From the human T2T-CHM13v2.0 reference genome, Homo sapiens: a stretch of 64,000 bases of DNA. The position numbers and the translations under genes were made by a program. Shown in pieces: positions 13,286 to 26,291 of this stretch (positions within the stretch are counted from its first letter, which is position 1; the number at the start of each line of letters is the position of its first letter). The DNA lies in assembly GCF_009914755.1 (NCBI RefSeq), contig NC_060936.1, one strand, 5' to 3'. The notes below the pieces were generated by a model that did not search any database, had not been told where the DNA came from, and worked only from the letters and a program-made list of their open reading frames with translations.

Positions 13286-14290
13286 AACAGATCCAAGTGT
13301 GTCTCTGTCCTCGCCCTGTTCTCCTTATAAGAATATTGAGATACCATATATGCAATTATTAATTTCAAGTGTTTTGTGAAAACTTTGCATGGTTTATCAC
13401 TATGTTAGATGTTGTAGGAGATACCAACGAAACAAAAGAACTCACCCCTTCCTAAATGTTGGAGGGTAACACAGCAGACTCCTCGCCAAGGTCTGGCACA
13501 TAACAGGGGTTCAGTAACAGTCAATCCCTTTTCCACCCACCCTTTCTCTTCACAAGAAAAAGCACCCTCCTGCGGGAGAGTAGGGGAGGTGGTGTTCTAA
13601 CAATGCTTTCACTCGATGCTGTGGCTGAACAAAGGTCTAGAGCTTAAAGTCCAAGCCCAGGTCTCAGAAACGGTAGGGAAACCTGTTTTCCTCACGCTTC
13701 CATTTTATGAACTATAAAATGAGAATAAAACACCTGTCGGCTGTGCAGTAATCGAAGATCTTTTTATTATCCGAGAATAAGAAGTGCTATTGAAACGCAA
13801 AGCTTTATTTATTACAAATACTCAGCAGGGACGAATTCCCATAGATACTCTTAACAACTTGGCAGGGGCTCTTCTGACTCCTTCCAAGATTAAGCTCCTC
13901 ATCTCTGCGAACATAAAACTCGATCTGCTACACAGCTTGCAGATCATGACGCCCTGAACATCACAGTGACAATCTCCTGTGCCCTCCGCCTCAGCGTGTT
14001 CTGCTAAGGGTGATATACTATCCATTCGGAAGCTTAGGCGGGCACATCCTGCTGCTTCATGGGCTGGGATGGATGAAGTGTTGCTGGAAATCTGGGCCAT
14101 TTGTCAACTCCTAGAACATCTATCCTCTAGAAACTAGCTATAAATACCTTTAGAAATAACTTCCTTCAAAGGATTGGGTAAAACATGCCAACTGGGTTTT
14201 TACAAATGAAAGGTTTACTTTGTCTGGTAAAAGAAAACCGTCGTTACTTCCAAAGGCTCATTAAAGCCTTTGTAGGTTAACTTGTGGGAC

Positions 14291-14310
14291 GACACTGCCA
14301 CCTGGTGGTC
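14291..14310 (-). promoter_or_regulatory. Strong CTCF motif (CCACCAGGTGGCAG)
   Basis: Minus strand GACCACCAGGTGGCAGTGTC fits the CTCF core consensus CCASYAGRKGGCRS; locally CpG-retaining flank. Confidence 0.75.
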
Positions 14311-14703
14311 GGCGTGCACTGTGCGCACGGAGCTCCCCAATGGAAGTTACACACTGCTCAAAGAACCACCAGACTTATTAATAAAGAACTAAGCTCTGAG
14401 AACAGCCCTTCTCACAGAGACACTGATTCTTCTGAAGTGGCTCCATACATTTAAGGAAACATACTAAGCTTGGCATTTACTGAGTGACCTAAGCAAAGAA
14501 TTTTCCTACCCGCTCAATTCTTAGTACCAGGTGTACTGAAGGACGTGATTTCTAAAAGCAAAACAAAACAAAAACACTTGAAAGGCAGGCCTGGTGGTGA
14601 CAAAATCTCTCAGCATTTGCTTGTGTGTAAAGGATTTTATTTCTCCTTCGCTTATGAAGCTTAGTTTGGCTGGATATGAAATTCTGGGTTGAAAATTCTA
14701 TTC

Positions 14704-14915
14704 TTTTTTTTTTTTTGAAACGGAGTCTCGCTCTGTCGCCCGAGTAGCTGGGACTACAGGCGCCCTCCATCATGCCCGGCTAATTTTTTGTATTTTTAGT
14801 AGAGACAGGGTTTCACCGTGTTAGCCAGGATGGTCTCGATCTCCTGACCTCGTGATCCACCTGTCTCAGCCTCCCAAAGTGCTGGGCTTACAGGTGTGAG
14901 CCACCGCGCCTGGCC
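14704..14915 (-). mobile_element. AluY-like element nested in L1 ORF1, ~80-bp internal deletion, TSD TGAAAATTCTATTCTT(T)
   Basis: T-tail, gtcgccc|gagtagctg junction, diagnostic gtgttagccaggatggtctcgatc; direct repeats at 14690 and 14918. Confidence 0.9.
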
Positions 14916-14999
14916 CCTGAAAATTCTATTCTTTAAGAATGTTGAATGTTGGCCCCCACTCTCTTCTGGCTTGTAGGGTTTCTGCAGAGATATCCACTG

Positions 15000-15740
15000 T
15001 TAGTCTGATGGGCTTCCCTTTGTGGGTAACTTGACCTTTCTGGCCTCCCTTAACATTTTTTCCTTCATTTCAACCTTGGTGAATCTGAAAATTATGTGTC
15101 TTGGGGTTGCTCTTCTCGAGGAGTATCTTTGTGGTGTTCTCTGTATTTCCTGAATTTGAATGTTGGCCTGCCTTGCCAGGTTGGGGAAGTTCTCCTGGAT
15201 AATATCCTGAAGAGTGTTTTCCAACTTGGTTCCATTCTCCCCATCACTTACAGGTACACCAATCAAATGTAGGTTTGGTCTTTTCACATAGTCCCATATT
15301 TCTTGGAGGCCTTGTTCATCCTTTTCATTTTTTTCTCTAATCTTGTCTTCACGCTTTATTTCATTAAGTTGATCTTCAATCTCTGATATCCTTTTTTCTG
15401 CTTGATCAATTCGGCTACTGATACTTATGTATGCATCACGAAGTTCTCGTGCTGTGTTTTTCAGCTCCATCAGGTCATATATGTTCTTCTCTAAACTGGT
15501 TATTCTAGTTAGCAGTTCCTGTAACCTTTTTTCAAGGTTCTTAGCTTCCTTGCATTGGGTTAGAACATGCTCCTTTAGCTTGGAGGAGTCTGTAACGACC
15601 CACCTTCTGAAGCCTACTTCTGTCAATTCATTCTCCATCCAGTTTTGTTCCCCTGCTGGCGAGGAGTTGTGATCCTTTGGAGGAGAAGAGGCATTCTGGT
15701 TTTTGGAATTTTTAGCCTTTTTGCACTGTTTTTTCCCCAT
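15000..15740 (-). pseudogene. L1 ORF1p remnant (MGKKQ...; 246 codons open) in the inverted segment
   Basis: ORF 15000..15899 contains ORF1p coiled-coil and RRM sequence (EIWDYVKRPNL, IIQENFPNLARQ); ATG at 15740; frame lost before the CTD. Confidence 0.9.
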
Positions 15741-16025
15741 CTTCGTGGATTTATCTTTGACACTGATGACCTTCGGATGGGGTTTTTGCGTGGACGTCCT
15801 TTTTGTTAATGTTGATGGTATTCCTTTCTGTTTGTTAGTTTTCCTTCTAACAGTCAGGCCCCTCTGCTGCAGGTCTGCTGGAGTTTGCTGGAGGTCCACT
15901 CTGCACTAAATATGGAAAGGAAAAACTGGTACCAGCCACTGCAAAAACATACCAAATTGTAAAGACCATCGACATTATGAAGAAACTGCATCAACTAACG
16001 GGCAAAATAACCAGCTAGCATCATA

Positions 16026-19000
16026 ATGACAGGATCAAGTTTACACACAACAATATTAACCTTAAATGTAAATGGGCTAAATGCCCCAATTAAAAGACAC
16101 AGAGTGGCAAATTGGATAAAGAGGCAAGACCCATCGGTGTGCTGTATTCAGGAGACCCATCTCACGTGCAAAGACACACATAGGCTCAAAATAAAGGGAT
16201 GGAGGAATATTTACCAAGCAAATGGAAAGAAGAAAAAAAGCAGAAGTTGCAATCCTAGTCTCTGATAAAACAGACTTTAAACCAACAAAGATCAAAAAAG
16301 ACAAAGAAGGGCATTACATAATGGTAAAGGGATCAATGCAACAAGAAGAGCTAACTATCCTAAATATATATGCACCCAACACAGGAGCACCCAGATTCAT
16401 AAAGCAAGTTCCCAGAAACATACAAAGAGACTTAGACTCCTACATAATAATAGTGGGAGACTTTAACGCCCCTCTGTCAATATTAGACAGATCAATGAGA
16501 CGGAAAATTAACAAGGATATTCAGGACTTGAACTCAGCTCTGGACCAAATGAACCTAACAGACATCTACAGAACTCTTCTCTCCAAATCAACAGAATATA
16601 CATTCTTCTCAGTACCACATCACACTTATTCTAAAATTGACCACATAATCGGAAGTAAAGCACTCCTTAGCAAATGCAAAAGAATGGAAATCATAACAAA
16701 CAGTCTCTCAGACCACTGTGCAATCAAATTAGAACTCAGGATTAAGAAACTCACTCAAAACCGCACAACTACACGGAAACTGAACAACCTGCTCCTGAAT
16801 GACTACTGGGTAAATAACGAAATTAAGGCAGAAATAAGTAAGTTCTTTGAAACCAGGGAAAACAAAGACATATCGCACCAGAATCTCTGGGACACATCTA
16901 TCTAAAGGAGTGTTTAGAGGGAAATTTATAGCACTAAAATGCCTGCAGAAGAAAGCGGGAATGATCTAAAATTGACACCCTAACATCACAATTAAAAGAA
17001 CTAGAGAAGCAAGGGCAAACAAATTCAAAAGCTAACAGAAGACAAGAAATAACTAAAATCAGAGCAGAACTGAAGGAGACAGAAACACGAAAAACCCTTC
17101 AAAAAATCAATGAATCCAGGACCTGGTTTTTTGAAAAGATTAACAAAATAGATAGACTGCTAGCCAGAATAATAAAGAAGAAAAGAGAGAAGAGTCAAAT
17201 AGACACAATAAAAAATGACAAAGGGGATATCACCACAGATCCCACAGAAATACAAACTACCATCAGAGAATACCATAAACACCTCTATGCAAATAAACAA
17301 GAAAATCTAGGAGAAATGGATAAATTCCTTGACACATACACCCTCCCAAGACTAAACCAGGAAGAAGTCGAAGCCCTGAATAGGCCAATAACAAGTTCTG
17401 AAATTGAGGCAGTAATTAATAGCCTATCAACCCAGGACCAGATGGATTCACAGCTGAATTCTACCAGAGGTACAAAGAGGAGCTGGTACCATTCCTTCTG
17501 AAACTATTCCAAACAGTAGAAAAAGAGAGACTCCTCCCTAACTCATTTTATGAGGCCAGCATCATCTTGATACCAAAACCTGGCAGAGACACACAACAAA
17601 AAAAGAAAATTTCAGGTCAATATCCCTGATGAACATCAAAGCGAAAATCCTTAATAAAATACTGGCAAACCGAATCCAGCAGCACATCAAAAAGCTTATC
17701 CACCACGATCATGTCAGCTTCATCCCTCGGATGCAAGGCTGGTTCAACATACACAAACCAATAAACGTCATCCATCACATAAACAGAACCAATGACAAAA
17801 ACCACATGATTATCTCAATAGATGCAGAAAAGGCCTTCGATAAAATTCAACACCCCTTCACGCTAAAAACTCTCAATAAACTAGGTATTGATGGAATGTA
17901 TCTCAAAATAATAAGAGCTATTTATGACAAACCCACAGCCAATATCATACTGAATGGGCAAAAGTTGAAAGCATTCCCTTTGAAAACTGGCACAAGACAA
18001 GGATGCCCTCTCTCAATACTCCTATTCAACATAGTATTGGAAGTTCTGGCCAGGGCAATCAGGCAAGAGAAAGAAATAATATTCAAATAGGAACAGAGGA
18101 AGTCAAATTGTCTCTGTTTGCAGATGACATGACTGTATATTTAGAAAACCCCATCGTCTCAGCCCAAAATCTTAAACTCATAAGCAATTTCAGCAAAGTC
18201 TCAGGATACAAAATCAATGTGCAAAAATCACAAGCATTCCTATACACCAATAATAGACAAACAGAGAGCCAAATCATAAGTGAACTCCCATTCACAATTG
18301 CTACAAAGATAATAAAATACCTAGGAATACAACTTACAAGGGATGTGAAGGATCTCTTCAAGGAGACCTACAAACCACAACTCAAGGAAATAAGAGAGGA
18401 CACAAAGAAATGGAAAAACATTCCATGCTCATGGCTAGGAAGAATCAGTATGATCAAAATGGCCACACTGCCCAAAGTAATTTATAGATTCAATGCTATC
18501 CCCATCAAGCTACCATTGACTTTCTTCACAGAATTAGAAAAAACTACTTTAAATTTCATATGGAACCAAAAAAGAGCCCGTATAGCCAAGACAATCCTAA
18601 GTAAAAAGAACAAAGCTGCAGGCATCATGTTACCTGACTTCAAACTATACTACAAGGCTACAGTAACCAAAACAGCATGGTACTGGTACCAAAACAGATA
18701 TACAGACCAAGGAACAGAACAGAGGCCCTCAGAAATAATGCCACACATCTACAACCATCTGACTTTTGACAAACCTGACAAAAACAAGCAATGGGGAAAG
18801 GATTCCCTATTTAATAAGTGGTGTTGGGAAAACTGGCTAGCCATATGCAGAAAGCTGAAACTGGACCCCTTCCTTACACCTTATACAAAAATTAACTCAA
18901 GATGGATTAAAGACTTAAATGTAAGACCTAAAACCATAAAAACCCTAGAAGAAAACCTAGGCAATACCGTTCAGGACATAGGCATGTGCAAAGACTTCAT

Positions 19001-19942
19001 GACTAAAACACCAAAAGCAATGGCAACAAAAGCCAAAATTGACAAATGGGATCTGATTAAACTAAAGAGTTTCTGCACATCAAAAGAAACTATATCAGAA
19101 TGAACAGGCAACCTACAGAATGGGAGAAATTTTTTGCAATCTGCCCATCTGACAAAGGGCTAATATCCAGAATCTACAAAGAACTTAAACAAATTTACAA
19201 GAAAAAAACAATCCCATCAAAAAGTGGGCAAAGTATATGAACAGACACTTCTCAAAAGAAGACATTTATGTGGCCAACAAACATGAAAAAAAGCTCATCA
19301 TCACTGGTCATTAGAGAAATGCAAATCAAAGCCACAATGAGATACCATCTCACACCAGTTACAATGGTGATCATTAAAAAGTCAGGAAACAACAGATGCT
19401 GGAGAGGATGTGGAGAAACAGGAACGCTTTTACATTGTTGTTGGGAGTGTAAATTAGTTCAACCATTGTGGAAGACAGTGTGGTGATTCCTCAAGGATCT
19501 AGAACCAGAAATACCATTTGACCCAGCAATCCCATTACTGGGTATATACCCAAAGGATTATAACTCTAATTATTACCCATAACTAGGTATATACCCGAAG
19601 GATTATAACTCTACTTATTACTGGGTATATACCCAAAGGATTGTAACTCTACTATAATCAAAGGATTATCATTCCACTATCAAGACACATGCACACGTAT
19701 GTTTATTGCAGCACTATTCACAATAGCAAAGACTTGGAACCAACCCAAATGTCCATTAATGATAGACTGGATAAAGAAAATACGGCATATATACACCCAG
19801 GGAATACTATGCAGCCATAAAAAAGAATGAGTTCTTGTCCTTTGCAGGGGCATGGATGAAGCTGGAAACCATCATTCTCAGCAAACTAACAAAGTAACAG
19901 AAAACCAAACACCACATGTTCTCACTCACAGGTGGGAATTGA
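16026..19942 (+). pseudogene. L1 ORF2p (endonuclease/reverse transcriptase), broken by frameshifts and stops
   Basis: Fragments [42 protein letters not shown] in different frames; ORF2 end GGGAATTGA at 19942. Confidence 0.95.
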
Positions 19943-20165
19943 ACAATGAGAACACACGGACATAGGGAGGGGAACATCACACACTGGGGTCTGTCGCGGG
20001 GTGGGGGACTAGGGGAGGAAGCGCGTTAGGAGAAATACTAATGTAGATGATGGGTTGATGGGTGCAGCAAACCACCATGGCATGTGTATACCTATGTAAC
20101 AAACCTGCATGTTCTGTACATGTACCCCAGAACTTAAAGTATAATAATAATTAAAAAACACTTGA

Positions 20166-20319
20166 GTATAAAAAAAAGTCTGAAACATTTTACTTCATAT
20201 TACACATACTTTTTTTTTAAAAAAGGCAGAAACATTGAAGGAAACAACACTCAACATGAAAGAACCTTGTGCCGGAGTTCTAGAAGGACCTTGAAAATCA
20301 GTTTTAAAAGGCCTTGCTG
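20166..20319 (-). other. DCP1B: DCP1B proximal 3'UTR up to the L1 insertion; variant polyA signal AGTAAA at 20194-20189
   Basis: Follows the stop codon; no AATAAA/ATTAAA on minus strand before the L1; AGTAAA followed by U-rich tracts. Exact 3' end not determinable from sequence. Confidence 0.65.
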
Positions 20320-20400
20320 TCACATAGTCTTTTTCATGGCTGCTTGAGTCATGCTGAAGAGATAGGCTTCATAGATTATATTTAAGAAGTTGTCATCATT
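20320..20400 (-). CDS. DCP1B: DCP1B terminal exon 9, coding part: NDDNFLNIIYEAYLFSMTQAAMKKTM*
   Basis: ttccag|AATGATGAC; TGA at 20322-20320; completes the Dcp1 trimerisation motif (LIQNDDNFLNIIYEAY). Confidence 0.96.
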   Translation of the reverse strand, partial: NDDNFLNIIYEAYLFSMTQAAMKKTM

Positions 20401-20800
20401 CTGGAAAACAAATCGAAAGACCCAAGAGAATGTTACTTGGTTGGCAGACACAAAAGGCTTCCTCTGTCTTAGAGCTGAACTGGCCTTTGGATACTGAGAC
20501 ACTCATCTCTCCCTGTCTAACAGCTGGTGGTTTTTAATTGCATGTGTGAATGTTAAGTGGGGTTGACGGCAAGGCCGGACAGAGCTGATGGTTTTCCATG
20601 GTCAGTATGCACAGCAGCAAGAGCTCATTACATGCAGCACAGATGGGCAGCCCAGACACATGGCAGCATGGAGCAAGGTTTACTCAAGAACAGCCTGGGT
20701 CTGCTGCATGAAAAGACATGAAGCCCCAGCAGACAGAGGAGTTAGGAGGACATGATCCAAGTCAGTGGTCTCAAAGTTTGGTTAAGAGATTGCTGTGGTG

Positions 20801-21102
20801 TGTTTTTTTGTTTCTTGTTTTTTGGGTTTTTGAGACTGGGTCTCACTCTGTCACCCAAGCTAAAGTGCAGTAGTGCCATCATAGCTCACTGCAGCCTCAA
20901 CCTCATGGGTTCAAGCGATCCTCCCACCTCAGCCTCCAGAGTAGCTAGGGCTACAGGTGCGTGCTACCATGCCTGGCTTTTAAGTTTTTTGTTAAGACAG
21001 GGTCTCACTATGTTGCTCAGGGTGGTCTTGAACTCCTGGGCTCAAGTGAGCCTCCCACTTTGGCCTCCCCAAGTGTTGGATTACAGGCATGAGCCACTGT
21101 GG
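20801..21102 (-). mobile_element. AluJ
   Basis: T-rich tail then tctcactctgtcaccc...gagccactg. Confidence 0.9.
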
Positions 21103-21956
21103 TTCTTAAAGGCCCTCCAAGTCACCTACAATGTGTCTGCTTTGTTTTGGGCATTACTTAGGATTTTACTTGCAATATGCTTCATCAGTACTTCATCAAA
21201 GCTAATATAAGTCTTCCCATAAGTTATGGAAAGTTTCTAGCCTTGGCAAGTGGGCAGGAGTAAGACTGGTAATCTCTGGGCTCTTTTGCCTGGCTAAGGA
21301 GTGAGAATCACGGTCTAATCAGTGGTTTTCCTCATGTTTTAATTCTAGAGACTTCTCCCTCCCACCCAAATTCTTTACAGTGTTAGTAATTCACCCACAC
21401 TTCACATTCCCCCTTCATTCCCTCTTGGCACCCCACACAGATTTAGCATCATTCTCATGCAATGAAGAGAGTGATGTTATCCCTCTTTTTCCTGCAAAGT
21501 AGTCACAAAGTTCCTCTGCATGAGATTGTGTCCTAACAAGAGGCAGAAACTAAAAACAGACTGCTTGAGTGACTGGGAATATGAGGTGTGGTACACGGGA
21601 AGAAGTAAAATGCACGCAGAGTGGAGGGCAGGGGAATGTAATTTCTAATCCGCCATGTTCAGCCACTACTCTGGAGTAGAGTCTCAAGACAATGTGAAGG
21701 GAATCAGCCAGAAAACATATGGATCTTTTAAATTACAACTTAAGAAACTGGCTCAAAGTAAAGAGGTTCACAGATGTCTAATTCCTCCTGAGCTTACTAT
21801 GAATAGCTTTAAAAGGTGGCAAATATTTTTATCCTGATATTTACTTATGAATTAGTAGGGCTCAATCATTTGCTGTTGACCTTATTTATCTCTGATTGTT
21901 ATTATGCTTCTGCTGACTTCTAGCCCCATTCCTTTCATTCTTCCTCAAACATGTTT

Positions 21957-22079
21957 CCTTCTTTTGTAGTCTCGCTATGTTGCTCAGGCTGGTCTTGAAC
22001 TCCTGGCCTCAAGCAATGCTCCCACCTTGGCTTCCCAAAGTGCTGGGATTACAGGCGTGAGCAGCCACTGTGCCCGGCC
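21957..22079 (-). mobile_element. Alu left monomer (FLAM/AluJ)
   Basis: tgttgctcaggctggtcttgaactcctgg...tgcccggcc. Confidence 0.85.
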
Positions 22080-22479
22080 AACATGGAACCTTTTTAAAAA
22101 TGTTGTACTAATTGAGACCACTGTCTTTTTAAGTAGGATAAGACAACCGCAGAAGGGCTGGCCTGCTCTCTAAAGGCCGTCTGATGCTTAAGCAAAGTAC
22201 CACACAAGTTTTCTTAAAGATTATCTACCAAAAAGACACCTAAATATGTTAACTGGGGTGTCTGAAGTCTGTCTGGCTACAAATGTTCCACTTTTCAAGG
22301 ACTGCCGTTGATTTCTTGGGTGTGCTTTGCTAGGGCACCTGTGCTGAATGTTCTCCCGAGGCTGGTCCCTGCCAACATTCATGTGGTGAACGTGGCCCAC
22401 GGGAGAGTACGTGGGAAGTGGCACTCGGGGGCCAGGCTGGGTGCATCCCAGCCCTGCTTATGTACGAGCTCCGTGCCTC

Positions 22480-22640
22480 AGGCCAGTTGCTCAGCCTCAG
22501 TTTCCTTGTCTGTAGAATGGGAAAAATAACAGGGTTGTTATGTAAGGAGTGAATGAGTTATATGCTTGTGTGTAGCACTGAAAATAGGGCCCGGCGCCAG
22601 CTCTGTGGAGTGTTAGCTATTATAGCACTCATTATTATTT
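22480..22640 (+). mobile_element. MIR
   Basis: gcctcagtttccttgtctgtagaatggg core. Confidence 0.7.
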
Positions 22641-23199
22641 CATAATTTCATAGGCAAGTGAGGCTAGCAGCTCACAAGGAGTCCTGTCACTCCATCCCGT
22701 CCTAATGAGCAGGTTTCAAAATGACTTGTAAAACATACCTGTAGCAGCCATGGCCATTATTTGCTTCCCTCCCTGTTTTCCACTCGCTCAGTGGCCTCTT
22801 CCCCACTCAACAGATGGCCCCTTGCCCAGGACTGCTCCCACCTCTACCTCCCAATGGTGAGTTTTCTGTCTGGGCCTCCAGCACCCAGGGTCCTCTCAGG
22901 GACTGCTTAATCCCCAGCATATGCTTCCTTCTCTTCTGACAGGTGACAGCTTGGAGGCCTTAGACAGTCCTTCAAATTACAAAATCCTTGAAGAGCTGAG
23001 ACACCCAAGCCACACTTGGTATTATAAATAACACCTAGCTAACTGAGCACAGAAGCCGCTGGGGTCAGGATGAGTTGTTACACACACCTGTTATTCTCAC
23101 GGAAGCTAAGCAGGCCTTGGCTGAGTCTTTATCTCATAGTTGCAGCCAGGAGGCCAACAGGCGTGGTCAGGTGCGAAGGGAGATGACGTGCTTGCTTAC

Positions 23200-23448
23200 C
23201 TGAATGAGGTACAGCAGTGCCTCCTGGAGCTGGAGCTTGGTGAGTGGGCTGCTGGTGATCACGGAGGGCTCCGGGCTCTGTATGGGCAGGAGGAGGCTGG
23301 TGGCAGCAGCAGGTGGCTCCTGGCCTCCCACAGGCAAGAGGCCGCTCTCCCTTTCCTTTGGCGGGACGGAGGTGGGTTGTGCGAACACCATGGGGGACAT
23401 AAGCAGAGACGGAGCTGCTGTAGCAGGGATGCGCTGAGGTGAGATGAC
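23200..23448 (-). CDS. DCP1B: DCP1B coding exon 8 (249 bp): VISPQRIP...LQEALLYLIQ, start of C-terminal trimerisation domain
   Basis: gagcag|GTCATC...ATTCAG|gtaagc; phase 0/0; inside ORF 23167..23469. Confidence 0.96.
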
Positions 23449-24743
23449 CTGCTCACAGCAAATACACACAGAGAGCGGGGTTCAGGAGCAGCTCACGGCA
23501 TGATAGCTTGCAGCGGCAGATACGGGTGGTCTAAGCATTCCCTGTCCACAGCTTTCCTAGCTGAGAAAAGTTTATGGGAAACTGATTCTTGCTCCACTGC
23601 TCCATGCACCTTCCTTCAGCATCACTGAGCAGCTCTGGTATCGTCTGCTGTGGGGACTATTCTTTCCACTGCATATGCAGCTTGGCCTCTGGGTGACAGC
23701 TTATTTTTCAGGCTACCAGTATTTGGCAAGTGCATTTAGGACTACTGACCTTTTCCTTAGACCTGGTTGTCCATGACCCTGACCTAAAGGTCTCACAACC
23801 TATGTGAGCTGCCACCCTTGTTAGGGGCCTCCCCATTTCCCCTCCTGACCCCGGAGCACAGGAGGCGCTGTGAGAGCAACTCCCCGCCCCTCCTGCGGCC
23901 TCACTCACTTCTCGTGGGGAGGGAGAGTGATGTGTGGGTCCACCCCTTCTGGGTCCTTCCCTGACAGGATCTGCCTGCCTGCAGAGAGCCCTCATCTTCA
24001 GCTTCCGCAGCTGATGTGTTTGGGCTGACCCGGGCGGCCTGTTGCTCAGCCCTGCCAGAGCCTGTCTGCTGAGTCTAACTCCCTTGGCAAACAGACCTGA
24101 AACCAAGTTTTCTAACAGCCCTTTCAGTTATGCAAGTGACATTTTGATCCTTATCTGACTGACTCCTACAGCTATCATTTGCTTCTAACTCAGGGAAGAA
24201 AAAGAATGTTATTTATCAGCCTCCGAACTCCCCGAAAGAACTCCTAAGAGGGAGGCAAGGAGGCCAGCAAGCTAGAAGTTGCTGTAATTTTATAATCAAT
24301 CCCTTAGCGTCTCTTTGAGCAAAAGTTGGCCTAGAGGAAGGCAGGCTGTTTCTTTTAACTTGTCCCTACATGACATTTCGAGGAGCGGTGCTGAGCAGTG
24401 ATGCTCCCGGAGGTGGAGTCAAGCATTCTGAGCACAGCGTGGGCTGCTGAAATGCTTGCCTTTCTCACTCGGCTCTTGATATTTGTGAGTACTGAAAAGT
24501 CAAGGGAGTTGTACATCAGAAATTTAAGTCAGACTATATTCATCGCATGCTTCTAATTCTAAATCATCAAAGAGGAAAAAAGCAGACATTTTTAAAAAAG
24601 GGACAATAACACTGAAATGAGGGGGAGTGGGAGTTATAAATATTGTTTCTATAGCAGTCGGTACTCAGATTTGGGATGTTAATAAATAATAAATGAGAAC
24701 ACTTTGACTCAGGGGCTCACAAAGACTTTTGGCACATGCCTAA

Positions 24744-25060
<317 letters not shown>

Positions 25061-25096
25061 AAAAGTTCAAGATTTTTGAGAAACTGTTATAAGTTA

Positions 25097-25524
<428 letters not shown>

Positions 25525-26291
25525 TCAATGTCAGATCTCCAGATGTTACCCACAGGCAGATGATCAATAGCTTGTGGTTTCCTCACTGTCCCAAGTCAGT
25601 GATGGACATGGAAAAGCATCTTCTCTAAAGGAGAGAATCTTTCTAAAAACTGTCATATTTTCCCTCTCTGGCAGTTTGTGTGGGGGGTGGAGGTGGGTGG
25701 CATGCATACCTCTCCTGATCTACAGTAGGCTATACTGACGATACAGAGAAAGATAAAAACTGGCTGCACCTTTCAGGAGGAAATAGGCTGTTTTTTGTTT
25801 ATTTCAAGAACCTACAGCATGGGCTGTGGGTAAGGAGTCTGTTTTCTTCATCATTATGTACCCACATGTAGACAATGCCTGACATGTAGTAAGTGCTCAA
25901 AAATATTTACTAAATAAGTGAATAATTTACTGTGGACTGAAAAACAAGAGGAGGTCAGTTGCTTGGCATTCCAGATTGATTTCAAGGCAGACCATACTAA
26001 GTTCCTACAGTCAAAAATTACGGTTTTCTCCCATGTCTGTGTTGGTCTTCAGACCTCCTAATATAACGAAGATTTAACTCTACAAGTAATGCTCTCAAAA
26101 AGGTTGGGGGAAGTTCTCAGATTGTTAACCAAAGTGAAGATTCTCCTTCCAGGTAGAAAGTTCAGGCAATCAAGATGCACGGAGGTGCACCCTGCTCCAA
26201 ACAGAAATGTACGTGACACATTGGTCCCTAGAGCATGGAAGTGGACTCTACATTTCACTGCATTATAGTAATACCTTTTTCTTTGTCTGTC

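Larger units (their letters stand above)
14582..20153 (+). mobile_element. L1PA (about PA6-PA8-like) LINE-1, 5'-truncated and 5'-inverted, TSD AAAAACACTTGA (14570-14581 / 20154-20165)
   Basis: Minus-oriented 5'UTR-end/ORF1 at 14582-~15900; plus-oriented ORF1 end, ORF2 and 3'UTR at ~15903-20153; identical 12-bp flanking repeats. Confidence 0.95.

Noticed and set aside
16026-19942. Active L1
   Set aside because: 5' promoter missing, ORF1 inverted, ORF2 has multiple frameshifts and stops.
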